Positions 45,405-53,847 of a stretch of 64,000 nt of DNA are shown in pieces. The DNA lies in assembly GCA_963555985.3 (NCBI GenBank), contig OY820591.1, positions 2,125,053 through 2,189,052 of the forward strand, written 5' to 3'. A model generated the notes under the pieces. That model did no database searches, was not told where the DNA came from, and saw nothing but the letters and a program-made list of their open reading frames with translations. The position numbers and the translations under genes are program-made. Every line of letters begins with the position of its first letter. Within the stretch, counting starts at the first letter, position 1. Source of the stretch: Dehalococcoidia bacterium (lineage in GTDB: Bacteria > Chloroflexota > Dehalococcoidia > Bin125).

Positions 45405-46827
45405 GGACGCCCCCAAAAACTCTCCCCCTGCATCGCGGGGGGAGATGTCACGAAGTGACAGAGGGAGGTCCGCCCGCACACTGATCGCGCGACCGGCACG
45501 CCAACACAAGCACAAAGCCGGATGGGCCGCAAACGGCCTTTCTCCCCAACCAGCACCTTCGGCAGCATCGCAGCCGCCCCGAGCCGACAGCCGCGAAACG
45601 CGCCTCTTCGGCTACCACCTGCGAACGTTCGACTCCTTCCGCGAACCCGCCTTCACCTGGTTCTTCGTCTCCACGCTGGGGCAGATGTACTCCGCCATCG
45701 GCCAGATGTTTGTCCGCTCCTTCCTCGTCTACGAACTCACCGGCTCCTACGCCGCGATGGGACTAGTCGCCGTCGCCGGAGCCGTCCCCCAATTCTTGCT
45801 CGGACCCTACGGCGGCGTCCTCGCCGACCGCTACGCCAAGAAATCCGTCACCCTCGTCTTCCAGATCGTCGGTTTCGGCAACACCTTCCTCATCGGCACC
45901 CTTGCGCTGCTGGGACTGCTGGAATTCTGGCACCTGCTCGTCTCCGGCGTCTTCCAGGGCGTCCTCGTCGCCCTCATGGTGCCCGCGCGCCAGGCAATGG
46001 TCTCCGAGATCGTCAGCCGCGAACGGATCATGAACGGCGTCGCCCTCAACACTGCCGCCATGAACCTGATGCAGTTCACCGCGCCCCTAATCGGCGGAAT
46101 CCTGCTCGCCACTGCCGGCGCCGGCGTCACCTTCTACGTCATGGCCGGCTGCTACGCCTTCGCCACACTCACCCTCCTGCCCGTCCCCCGCGTACCCGCC
46201 CAAGCCGCCGGCGGTCGCGGCGGACTCGGCGAAGCCCTGCGCGACATCGCCGACGGCTTCCGCTACATGGCCCGTCAACGCGAACTGCGCCTGATCCTGC
46301 TGCTCTCCTTTGGAGTCTCAGCGCTCGGTATGCCCTTCCAGGGGCTCCTGCCCGGATTCGTTCAAGACGCCTTCAACGCCGACTCCGCTCTGGCCAGCCT
46401 CTTCATGTCGTTCTCAGCGATCGGAGCGTTTCTGGCGGCGATGCTGATCGCATCCTTGCGCCGCGCCGGACGCGGCAAGCTGCTCTTGGCAATGGGAGCG
46501 GTCGTCGGTGCAGCCACAATGGCCATCGCCCTCTCCCCCTGGCTCTGGCTGAGCCTGCCAATCATGATCTTCATGGGCGTCGGCCAGGCCGGACGCATGA
46601 CCATGGCCTCAGCCCTAATTCAGGAACTCGCCCAACCCGCCTATCGCGGCCGCGCCATGTCCGTTCTGATGATGCAGTTCAGTCTCATGCAAGCCGGCGT
46701 CTTCATCCTCGGCATCGCCGCCGAACTGGTCGGCATCCGCGCCGCCGTCAGCGTCGTCTCACTCGTCTTGCTTGCCCTCGTCGCCCTCTTCGCGCTCGGC
46801 TCACCCACCATGCGCCGCCTACAGTGA
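45394..46827 (+). CDS. MFS transporter (start codon unresolved)
   Basis: About 12 hydrophobic helices from FTWFFVSTLGQMYSAIGQ onward. The only canonical in-frame start upstream of helix 1 is ATG 45394, which reads through a REP. The next ATG (45685) truncates helix 1. Confidence 0.7.
   Translation: MAARDAPKNSPPASRGEMSRSDRGRSARTLIARPARQHKHKAGWAANGLSPQPAPSAASQPPRADSRETRLFGYHLRTFDSFREPAFTWFFVSTLGQMYSAIGQMFVRSFLVYELTGSYAAMGLVAVAGAVPQFLLGPYGGVLADRYAKKSVTLVFQIVGFGNTFLIGTLALLGLLEFWHLLVSGVFQGVLVALMVPARQAMVSEIVSRERIMNGVALNTAAMNLMQFTAPLIGGILLATAGAGVTFYVMAGCYAFATLTLLPVPRVPAQAAGGRGGLGEALRDIADGFRYMARQRELRLILLLSFGVSALGMPFQGLLPGFVQDAFNADSALASLFMSFSAIGAFLAAMLIASLRRAGRGKLLLAMGAVVGAATMAIALSPWLWLSLPIMIFMGVGQAGRMTMASALIQELAQPAYRGRAMSVLMMQFSLMQAGVFILGIAAELVGIRAAVSVVSLVLLALVALFALGSPTMRRLQ
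45420..45468 (+). repeat. REP family B copy (downstream flank of the J-domain gene, inside the MFS ORF extension)
   Basis: ctctccccctgcatcgcggggggagatgtcacgaagtgacagagggagg. Same orientation as 44537..44585. Confidence 0.8.
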
Positions 46828-46891
46828 TCCAGCTACCCTCTGTGAGCGCTCACCCGTCGAACCGGAAGCGATAGCCGAAAGAGAGCGACCG

Positions 46892-47326
46892 ATGATTACC
46901 TATCTCGACCACGTCGGCATTGTCGCCCACTCGCTGGAGCAGGCGGGCGAAGTCTTGGTCGACCAATTGGGACTCCAGTACGACGAAGAGCGCACTCCCT
47001 TCCCAGACGGCGGCTACTTCGCCCCCGAACGCACGCAGATCTTCTTCGTCAAGGTCAATCTCGGTGAAACCAGGATCGAAATCCTCCTCCCCGAAGACGA
47101 AATCAGCGGCATCGGCAAGTTTCTCGCCCGCCGCGGCCCCGGCCTGCACCACCTCGGCTACGGTTCCACCGACGTCGTCGGCGACACCAAGCTCTTCATG
47201 GAACGAGGCCTCCAATACATCGACTTCGGCGGCCCCATCGAAGAGATCACCGCCTCCTTCTTCCACCCCAAGACCGCGGGCGGCATCCTCACCGAGATCG
47301 TCCCCGATCGGCGTCCCAACCGCTAG
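46892..47326 (+). CDS. Methylmalonyl-CoA epimerase-like VOC protein
   Basis: MITYLDHVGIVAHSLEQA...RIEILLP....GIGKFLARRGPGLHHLGY is the typical epimerase/VOC pattern. ORF trimmed to ATG 46892. Confidence 0.75.
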   Translation: MITYLDHVGIVAHSLEQAGEVLVDQLGLQYDEERTPFPDGGYFAPERTQIFFVKVNLGETRIEILLPEDEISGIGKFLARRGPGLHHLGYGSTDVVGDTKLFMERGLQYIDFGGPIEEITASFFHPKTAGGILTEIVPDRRPNR

Positions 47327-47353
47327 CGCGCCGGACTGATTGGCTGCGCAGCG

Positions 47354-48247
47354 ATGGCGCAGGAACGAACGCCGACCTTGCCCCGTCTCGATCAAGAGCG
47401 GCTCGCCCTCGTCCTCAGCGGCGGCGGCAACCTCGGCGTCGTCCAAGCCCCCTTCCTCGAGTATCTGATCGCGATCGGCGTCACCCCCGACCTGATCGTG
47501 GGCACCTCGGTCGGAGCCCTAAACGGCGCCTACCTTGCTTTCCACCCGCACAACATCGACGGCCTCGGCGATATCTGGCGCGCGCTCCGCGACCGGCGCT
47601 TGTGGCACCGCAACATCCTCCGCATCGGCCGCAACCTGATCGGCCAAAGAATGAGCCTCTACTCCAATCGATTCCTCCATGAACTGATCGCGCCTCACGT
47701 CACCGTTGATGAAATCTCGGCCTCGGAAATCCCGCTCTTCATCACCGCCACCAGCCTCAGCCAAGGACGAAAACACGTCTTCACCCGCGGTCCCGTCGTC
47801 GATGCCATCCTCGCTTCCTCCGCGGTCCCAGGCCTCTTCCCACCCGTCGAGATCGGCGGCGAGTGGTTCGTCGATGCCGGCGTCGCCACCGGCCTCGACC
47901 TCGAAACCGCCATCCTCCAGGGCGCTACGCAAATTCTGGCCGTCGATCTCGGCGCCGACCCTTCTCCCCATCACCCCAGCGGCCTGGTCGATCTGCTCGC
48001 CCGCTCCATGGAGATCGCCACCCAACAGCGAACCCAAGCCGAGGTCGATCAGTTCGGCAGAGAAGCCCCCACCGTGATCTGGAGACCCGGCCTCAAAGCA
48101 TCGTCAGGCACGAACTTCGCCGACGTCGATCACCTCTACGAAGCCGCCAGAGAACTCGCTCCGGCCCTGATCGAACAGTCTCGCAACCCCGACGGCAGCT
48201 GGAAAACCGGCATCTACGAAGGCGCCGTCTCCATCCGCCGCGCCTAA
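47354..48247 (+). CDS. Patatin-like phospholipase
   Basis: LSGGGNLGVVQ (oxyanion GGGxxG), GTSVGALN (GxSxG) and VDAGV (catalytic Asp motif). Confidence 0.85.
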   Translation: MAQERTPTLPRLDQERLALVLSGGGNLGVVQAPFLEYLIAIGVTPDLIVGTSVGALNGAYLAFHPHNIDGLGDIWRALRDRRLWHRNILRIGRNLIGQRMSLYSNRFLHELIAPHVTVDEISASEIPLFITATSLSQGRKHVFTRGPVVDAILASSAVPGLFPPVEIGGEWFVDAGVATGLDLETAILQGATQILAVDLGADPSPHHPSGLVDLLARSMEIATQQRTQAEVDQFGREAPTVIWRPGLKASSGTNFADVDHLYEAARELAPALIEQSRNPDGSWKTGIYEGAVSIRRA

Positions 48248-48269
48248 ACCAAATCCCCTCTCCCCCCCG

Positions 48270-48434
48270 CACCGCGAAGTCCGTCCCCGCGTAAGGAGAC
48301 CTGTGCGTAAATCAAAGATCGTCATACCTGCGCTTGCCGCGGAGCCTGTCTCCGTCCTGTGGGATATCTCGCTGTGATCTGCACCGTCGTCGCGAACACG
48401 GCGAGATTGCCGCGACGGAGCGCGGCAATGACGG
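48270..48434 (-). repeat. Composite REP cluster including MITE family A copy 3 (48320..48434, inverted, with internal insertion)
   Basis: cgtcatacctgcgcttgccgcggagcctgtc...gagattgccgcgacggagcgcggcaatgacgg is the rc of the family A consensus. It is preceded by a ..aaggagacctgtgcgtaaatc unit related to 31381 and 60848. Confidence 0.75.
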
Positions 48435-48531
48435 AGAACATCGACTTTCGCAAAGCTCCCCCTACGCGGGCATGGCAGAGGCGTAACGGCCAGACCCTGC
48501 TCCTAGACTGACTCTCGCCACTTTGCAGCGG

Positions 48532-49731
48532 ATGTCTGTCATGCGCGACCTCCGAGTCCTCGACCTCAGCCAAACCGTCGCCGGCGCATACTGCGCTCGC
48601 CTCTTCGCCGCCGCCGGCGCGCACGTCACCCTCGTCGAGCCAACCGGTGGCTCGCGCCTCCGCACCGCCCCGCCCCTCCTCAGCACTACGAAACCACCGC
48701 GCAGCGCCGCCTTCGAGTACCTCTCCGCCTGGAAGCGAGGGATCGCCCTCAGCACCAACACCCCTGAAGGCGAAACCGTGCTCGACAGCCTCCTCGATCA
48801 CGCAGATCTCGTCGTCTCCTCGCTAACTGACACACCCCAGAAAATCCTCGACTTCGACCGCCGGATCCGCTCCGACCGCCCTGCCCTGATTCACGTCGTC
48901 GCCTCCTCCTACGGACTCTCCGGCCCCTGGTCGGGCTGGCGTTCGAGCGACCTCACCGATTGGGCCGTCAGCGGCTACCTCTACATCACCGGCGATCCCC
49001 AGCGCGAACCCTTGCAAGGCGCGGGGCCCTGGGCCTCATACGTCGCCGGAACCACCGCCGCCGTCGGAGCCATGGCCGCCCTCCACCACCGCCGCCAAAC
49101 CGGACGCGGACAGCTCGTGGACGTCGGCGCGATGGAATCGATGGCCGCCGCCCATCAATGGAGCCTCGTCATGTGGTCCCATCAAGGCGTCGTCAAACAC
49201 CGCGCCAACAACCGCCACGCCGAAGCCCACCATCCCGTCTCCCTCATGCCCTGCGCCGACGGTTGGGTCTGCATCGGCGCGCCCTCCCAGGCCCAGTGGA
49301 TCAATCTCTGCATCGCCCTCGATCTACCCGAAATGGCCCACAACCCCCGCTACAGCACCTCCGGCCGACGCTACGACCTGGCCGAAGAGATCGACGCCAG
49401 CTTCGCCCCCTTCCTCATGGCCCGCACACGCAGCGAAGTCGTCAACCACTTGCAAGCCCATCACGTCCCCGCCAGCGCCGTACTTGCCCTCGATGAGACC
49501 CTGCGCGACGAACAGCTCGAAGCGCGGGCCTATTGGGTCTACCCCGAAGACCTGGGCAGCGGCGCGCAAATGCCCGGCCTGCCCTTCCTGATGCCGTCGT
49601 CACCCCTCGAATTCAAGCCCGCGCCCAAGCTCGGCGCGGACACCGCAGCCGTCTTGACTGAGTGCGGCTTCTCCGAACAAGAGCTCATCGCCCTCGAACA
49701 GGCCGGCCTGATCGGAGTGGGACGTGCTTAG
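48532..49731 (+). CDS. Family III CoA-transferase paralogue lacking the catalytic Asp
   Basis: MSVMRDLRVLDLSQTVAGAYCARLFAAAGAHV. Equivalent segment reads WASYVAGTT...QTGRGQ (Ser at the Asp position). The track ORF starts at TTG 48523; ATG 48532 or 48541 is more likely. Confidence 0.8.
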   Translation: MSVMRDLRVLDLSQTVAGAYCARLFAAAGAHVTLVEPTGGSRLRTAPPLLSTTKPPRSAAFEYLSAWKRGIALSTNTPEGETVLDSLLDHADLVVSSLTDTPQKILDFDRRIRSDRPALIHVVASSYGLSGPWSGWRSSDLTDWAVSGYLYITGDPQREPLQGAGPWASYVAGTTAAVGAMAALHHRRQTGRGQLVDVGAMESMAAAHQWSLVMWSHQGVVKHRANNRHAEAHHPVSLMPCADGWVCIGAPSQAQWINLCIALDLPEMAHNPRYSTSGRRYDLAEEIDASFAPFLMARTRSEVVNHLQAHHVPASAVLALDETLRDEQLEARAYWVYPEDLGSGAQMPGLPFLMPSSPLEFKPAPKLGADTAAVLTECGFSEQELIALEQAGLIGVGRA

Positions 49732-51034
49732 CGGCGTCCGCGTGATCGAATTCGGCTACGCCTGGGCTGGGCCGCTCGTGGGACGAACCCTGGGCGATCT
49801 CGGTGCAGACGTGATCAAAATCGAGCAAAACACCGCTCGCGGCGGACCCGTCCCCGACGATCCCGAACTCCACGCCGCGCTTGCCAACTGGCAGCGCGGG
49901 ACACTGCCCGAACCCACCCTGCGAGCATCTGTCTTCCCGGAGTCCGACCCGGGCGACGATCCCTGGAACCGCGCCGGCATCTTCAACAAGCTCAATCGCA
50001 ACAAGCGCAGTCTCTGCGCCGATCTCAAGTCCGAAGACGGCAAGCGCATCTGGCGCCGCCTGGTCGAGACCGCCGATGTCGTGGTCGACAACTTCAGCCC
50101 GCGCGGTTCCCACAGCCTCGGCATCGACTACGACACCATCCGCCAGTGGAACCCGCGTATCATCTCCGTCTCTCTCACCGGCTACGGCCACACCGGACCC
50201 TTCCGGCAGCGAGTCTCCTACGGACCAATCCTCGAAGCCCACTCCGGCGCGGTCGCCGCCACCGGCTACCTCGGCGGCGGCCCCATGAAGCTGGGCCACG
50301 CCTTCCCCGACCCGGTCGGCGGACTCCACGGCGCCTTCGCCGTCCTCGCCGCCCTCTGGGAGCGCGAGCGCACCGGCGAGGGCATGTTCATCGATCTCTC
50401 CCAACTCCAGACCTACGCGGGCATAATCGGCGACCTACTCCTCCAGACCTCGATCGAGGGCGCTCCCCAACGCCGGGGCAATCGCGGACGAGGCGTCGCC
50501 CCGCAAGGCGTCTATCCCTGTCTCTCAGAAACGCATGACGCCCGCGACCAACTCGATATGTGGCTCGCCATCACCATCGACAGCGACGACGCCTGGCAGG
50601 GACTGAAATCCGTCCTCAAAGACGCGCGCCTAGACGATCCAACCTACGAGTCCGTGAGCGGCCGCGAGGCCGCCCACGCTCAGATCGATGCAGTCATCGC
50701 CGACTGGACATCCACGCAGAACCGCTTCGACGCCGCCGCCGCACTACAAGCCGCAGGCGTCCCCGCCGCCCCAGCCATGACCAACGCCGACCTGATCCAA
50801 TCCAAACACCTCCAAGACCGAGCCTTCATCGTCGAATGGACCCAACCCGGCCTCGGCCCCTACCAATACGGCGGCTTCCCTATCCACTTCTCCAACCAAC
50901 CATCCCCCGAAATGAACCCAACCCCCGCACTCGGAGCCGACAATCACCCAATCCTGAAAGAACTTGGCTTCACTCCCGACGAGATCGACCAGTTCCAATC
51001 AAGCGGCGTGATCTTCGACTCACCGCTTGCCTAG
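49724..51034 (+). CDS. Family III CoA-transferase, catalytic-Asp-containing partner
   Basis: GTG start overlapping the upstream stop by 8 nt. VRVIEFGYAWAGPLVGRTLGDLGADVIKIE and FPDPVGGLH...RTGEGM. Confidence 0.85.
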   Translation: MLSGVRVIEFGYAWAGPLVGRTLGDLGADVIKIEQNTARGGPVPDDPELHAALANWQRGTLPEPTLRASVFPESDPGDDPWNRAGIFNKLNRNKRSLCADLKSEDGKRIWRRLVETADVVVDNFSPRGSHSLGIDYDTIRQWNPRIISVSLTGYGHTGPFRQRVSYGPILEAHSGAVAATGYLGGGPMKLGHAFPDPVGGLHGAFAVLAALWERERTGEGMFIDLSQLQTYAGIIGDLLLQTSIEGAPQRRGNRGRGVAPQGVYPCLSETHDARDQLDMWLAITIDSDDAWQGLKSVLKDARLDDPTYESVSGREAAHAQIDAVIADWTSTQNRFDAAAALQAAGVPAAPAMTNADLIQSKHLQDRAFIVEWTQPGLGPYQYGGFPIHFSNQPSPEMNPTPALGADNHPILKELGFTPDEIDQFQSSGVIFDSPLA

Positions 51035-51049
51035 CCGCGGCGAACGAAC

Positions 51050-51544
51050 TCAGCCGTCATCCTCCGCCGACGCTAATCCCCCGATCCCTTCACGATCCAG
51101 CCGATACAACAGCCACTCCGACTCATGCACCATCCCAATCCGACCGTAGAATCCACGCGCCGGATTCCAGTCCAAAACAGAAAGATCCAGCCGCGTCCAG
51201 TTCCGCTCACTTGCGATCCGAGCCAACGCCTGCATCAGCGCAAACCCCGCCCCCGTCCCCCGATGCTCCGCCTCCACAAACAAGTCTTCCAGATACAGCG
51301 CCGGCCGCCCCTCCCAAGTCGAGTAGTGCGGGAAGAACAGCGCCATCCCAATCGGCCGCCCCTCCCGCTCGGCGATCAGCGTCTCAAAGTGCCGATCGGG
51401 GCCGAATCCGTGAGCGCGAATGTCCGCCTCAGTCGTCTTTACCGCCTCCGGCGGTTCGTGCTCAAATGCAGCGAGACCGCGAATGAAGTTCAGAATCGCC
51501 GCCGCATCCTCGGGCACGGCCTCCCGTACGGTCACGTCCGCCAT
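51050..51544 (-). CDS. GNAT family N-acetyltransferase
   Basis: 164 aa. LEDLFVEAEHRGTGAGFALMQALARIA is the acetyl-CoA-binding motif A region. Confidence 0.8.
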   Translation of the reverse strand: MADVTVREAVPEDAAAILNFIRGLAAFEHEPPEAVKTTEADIRAHGFGPDRHFETLIAEREGRPIGMALFFPHYSTWEGRPALYLEDLFVEAEHRGTGAGFALMQALARIASERNWTRLDLSVLDWNPARGFYGRIGMVHESEWLLYRLDREGIGGLASAEDDG

Positions 51545-51559
51545 CGCCGCTCGCCTCTC

Positions 51560-52354
51560 TCACTCGCCGGTGAAGACGGGCGGGCGCTTCTCGATGAACG
51601 AGGCCTGCGCTTCGGCGACATCATGCGGCGCCCGATTCCCGTAGTTAATCGCCGTAGTCTCGTTGCGCAGCGCCTCCGTCAGGGTCGCGTTGAGATTGCG
51701 CTGCATCACCCGCTTTGCCGCCCGCGCCGCCAACGGCGGCCAGAACGCAATCTGTCCCGCAACTTCGCGCGCCCGAGCCATCAACTCCTCATGCGCCACG
51801 CGCTCGTTGATCAAGCCCATCGCCAGCGCCTCGTCCGACTCCACGAAGCGGCTCGTCAACACCAGCTCCGCCGCCTTCGGATAGCCGACCACACGCGGCA
51901 GGAACCAAGTCATCCCCGCATCCGGACTCAGCGACCGCTCCAGGAACACCACCTTGAAGCGCGCCTTCTCCGATCCAACCCGAATATCGCAGGCCAGCGC
52001 CAGGCTCATCCCCGCGCCCGCCGCCACCCCGTTCACCGCCGCAATCGCGGGCTTGTCCAATTCTCCAAACGTCAGCGCCTGCCGACCCACCCAGCCGAAT
52101 TCATCCAATCGCTCGTTCTGAGTCACGCGCTCAACCTGCCCTGGCCGAGCGGTCAGATCCGCGCCCGAGCAGAACCCGCGCCCGGCTCCCGTGATGATCA
52201 CCACCCGCACATCGTCGTCAGCCTGAAGCTGGTTCGCCGCCGTGATCATCTCGTCGTGCAGCGGCCGGCTGAGCGCGTTCAGCTTTTCCGGCCGGTCAAG
52301 CGTGATCACGCCGATCGGCGCGTCAATCTCCAGGCGAAGGTGTTGAAAAGTCAT
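51560..52354 (-). CDS. Enoyl-CoA hydratase/isomerase (crotonase family)
   Basis: ITLDRPEKLNAL, ITGAGRGFCSGADL and AAVNGVAAGAGMSLALACD motifs. Confidence 0.9.
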   Translation of the reverse strand: MTFQHLRLEIDAPIGVITLDRPEKLNALSRPLHDEMITAANQLQADDDVRVVIITGAGRGFCSGADLTARPGQVERVTQNERLDEFGWVGRQALTFGELDKPAIAAVNGVAAGAGMSLALACDIRVGSEKARFKVVFLERSLSPDAGMTWFLPRVVGYPKAAELVLTSRFVESDEALAMGLINERVAHEELMARAREVAGQIAFWPPLAARAAKRVMQRNLNATLTEALRNETTAINYGNRAPHDVAEAQASFIEKRPPVFTGE

Positions 52355-52938
52355 CCTGAACTCCGTTCCCCCAGCAGGGTATCGCGCAGCCGCGCAATTT
52401 CGGCAAACCGGAAGCAGGTGCCCTCGTGATCGTTCACGATCCCCACGGCCTGCATGAAGGCGTAGCAGGTCGTCGGCCCGACGAATCGAAATCCGCGCCG
52501 CTTCAACTCCCGAGACATCGCCCGCGACTCAACGGTCTGAGGCTGAATATCGCTGCGAGGTTCATTCGACGGGTCGGCATACGCCCAAACAATTTCCGCG
52601 AGGCTCAATCCCTGCCGGCGCAGCAACAGCGTCGCCTGAGCATTGCCGACCGTCGCCTCAATCTTGCCTCGATGCCTGATGATCCCGGCATCCCCAGTCA
52701 GCGCTTCCACGCCGGCCCCGTCAATCTCAGCAATCGCCCCGACATCCCAATCCAGAAACGCCCGCCGATACCCCTCGCGCCGCATCAACACCGTCCGCCA
52801 CGAAAGCCCGGCCTGCGCCCCCTCCAAGGTCAGCGTCTCAAACAGCGCAGATTCGTCCCATCTGGGCACACCCCATTCAAGATCGTGATAAGCGATCATG
52901 TCCGAGTCGTCGGCGGGCCAGGCACAGCGCGTGAGCAT
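52351..52938 (-). CDS. tag: DNA-3-methyladenine glycosylase I
   Basis: YHDLEWGVP, LTLEGAQAGLSW, GFRFVGPTTCYAFMQAVG. Trimmed to ATG 52938. ATGA overlap with the hydratase gene. Confidence 0.9.
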   Translation of the reverse strand: MLTRCAWPADDSDMIAYHDLEWGVPRWDESALFETLTLEGAQAGLSWRTVLMRREGYRRAFLDWDVGAIAEIDGAGVEALTGDAGIIRHRGKIEATVGNAQATLLLRRQGLSLAEIVWAYADPSNEPRSDIQPQTVESRAMSRELKRRGFRFVGPTTCYAFMQAVGIVNDHEGTCFRFAEIARLRDTLLGERSSG

Positions 52939-53318
52939 TCTTGTTGCCCTGAGAATTTTGGTAGCCTGAGCAGGCAGAGGAAGTATCGTCCCATGCCAGA
53001 CAGCATCCACAGTCTGTCACTTGCCGAGTCTGGCGGGAAGCCGCCTACTCTGCCGCCAGATCCGGTGAAGCGGGGGCCGCCAAGCCAACCTGTGCGTCGC
53101 CGTGGAGGGCCAACGTAATGCGATCCCTACAGACATGGCTCACGCGCGCACGAAACGTGGTGCAGGCGCTGAAGCTCTTTCTGTTCGGCCGTTCCCGCAA
53201 CCCCGAGGGCACGCCCTCTCAACATCATCCAGTGGTCGATACAGCTGAGGGAAGGGGCAGTAGGCCGCCGACGCTCCCGCCGGCCCCTTATCGCTCTGGA
53301 CTATGGGGACGCATCCCC

Positions 53319-53807
53319 TCACGGGATCCAGACGGCAGCTGACGCAGCGGCAGCAACGATCTGAAAGAGAGTCAGCACCGCGAGCACTGCCAAGCCAATC
53401 ACCTTCTCTTCCAAGACCTTCGTGACTCCTATGCAGGCCCTCCCAATGCTCTCGACATAGCTCCAGGCCAATGCATCATTCCCATATTCGCCGGTCATGT
53501 GGGTCAACAAATCTGCGGGCGCAACGAATTGGCTCATGTCACGAGGGCGGAGCGCCAAACCGCCGACGATCAACACGAGCACGAAGATCGCGGCTGGCGC
53601 CACAACCGCAACCCAAGCAGTCGGTTCCGTGGCCGAAATCAAAGCTCCGAAAAAGACCCCGAACAGGGCCACGTTGACCGCGACAATCAAGCTCGCCTTG
53701 CTATCTAGGGCATCCGTCGCCGAGAGCAGCGTAGACAGGTGAGCCTGCGCCACTTGGAGGGCGGCCATTCCGCCCGATGATTCGGGCTCGAGCGCGACGT
53801 CGGGCAT
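53319..53807 (-). CDS. Small three-TM membrane protein, DUF5706/PycTM-like pattern (tentative)
   Basis: An N-terminal amphipathic helix ending in ..TDALDSKASLIVAVNVALFG, followed by two more hydrophobic helices. Resembles my memory of the DUF5706 family; not verified. Confidence 0.4.
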   Translation of the reverse strand: MPDVALEPESSGGMAALQVAQAHLSTLLSATDALDSKASLIVAVNVALFGVFFGALISATEPTAWVAVVAPAAIFVLVLIVGGLALRPRDMSQFVAPADLLTHMTGEYGNDALAWSYVESIGRACIGVTKVLEEKVIGLAVLAVLTLFQIVAAAASAAVWIP

Positions 53808-53847
53808 GGCCAGCAGCCTAACCCGATCCGGCAGGTAGCCTACTCAC

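Noticed and set aside
52939-53318. Known structured RNAs in the 380-nt spacer (SRP/4.5S RNA, RNase P RNA, tmRNA, TPP or cobalamin riboswitch)
   Set aside because: cgcctactctgccgccagatccggtgaag resembles 4.5S RNA (CUACUCUG..CCAG..UCCGG), but the invariant GGAAGCAGCC region and a matching stem are absent. There is no GAGGAAAGUCC (RNase P), no tRNA-like 3' end (tmRNA) and no ACCUGAUC/B12-box. The region is kept only as an unclassified candidate.
53319-53807. A Pycsar or CBASS-like defence system around the DUF5706-like membrane protein
   Set aside because: No nucleotide cyclase, cNMP-binding or other effector gene is adjacent. The neighbours are tag and coaE. It is kept only as an orphan effector-like gene with low confidence.
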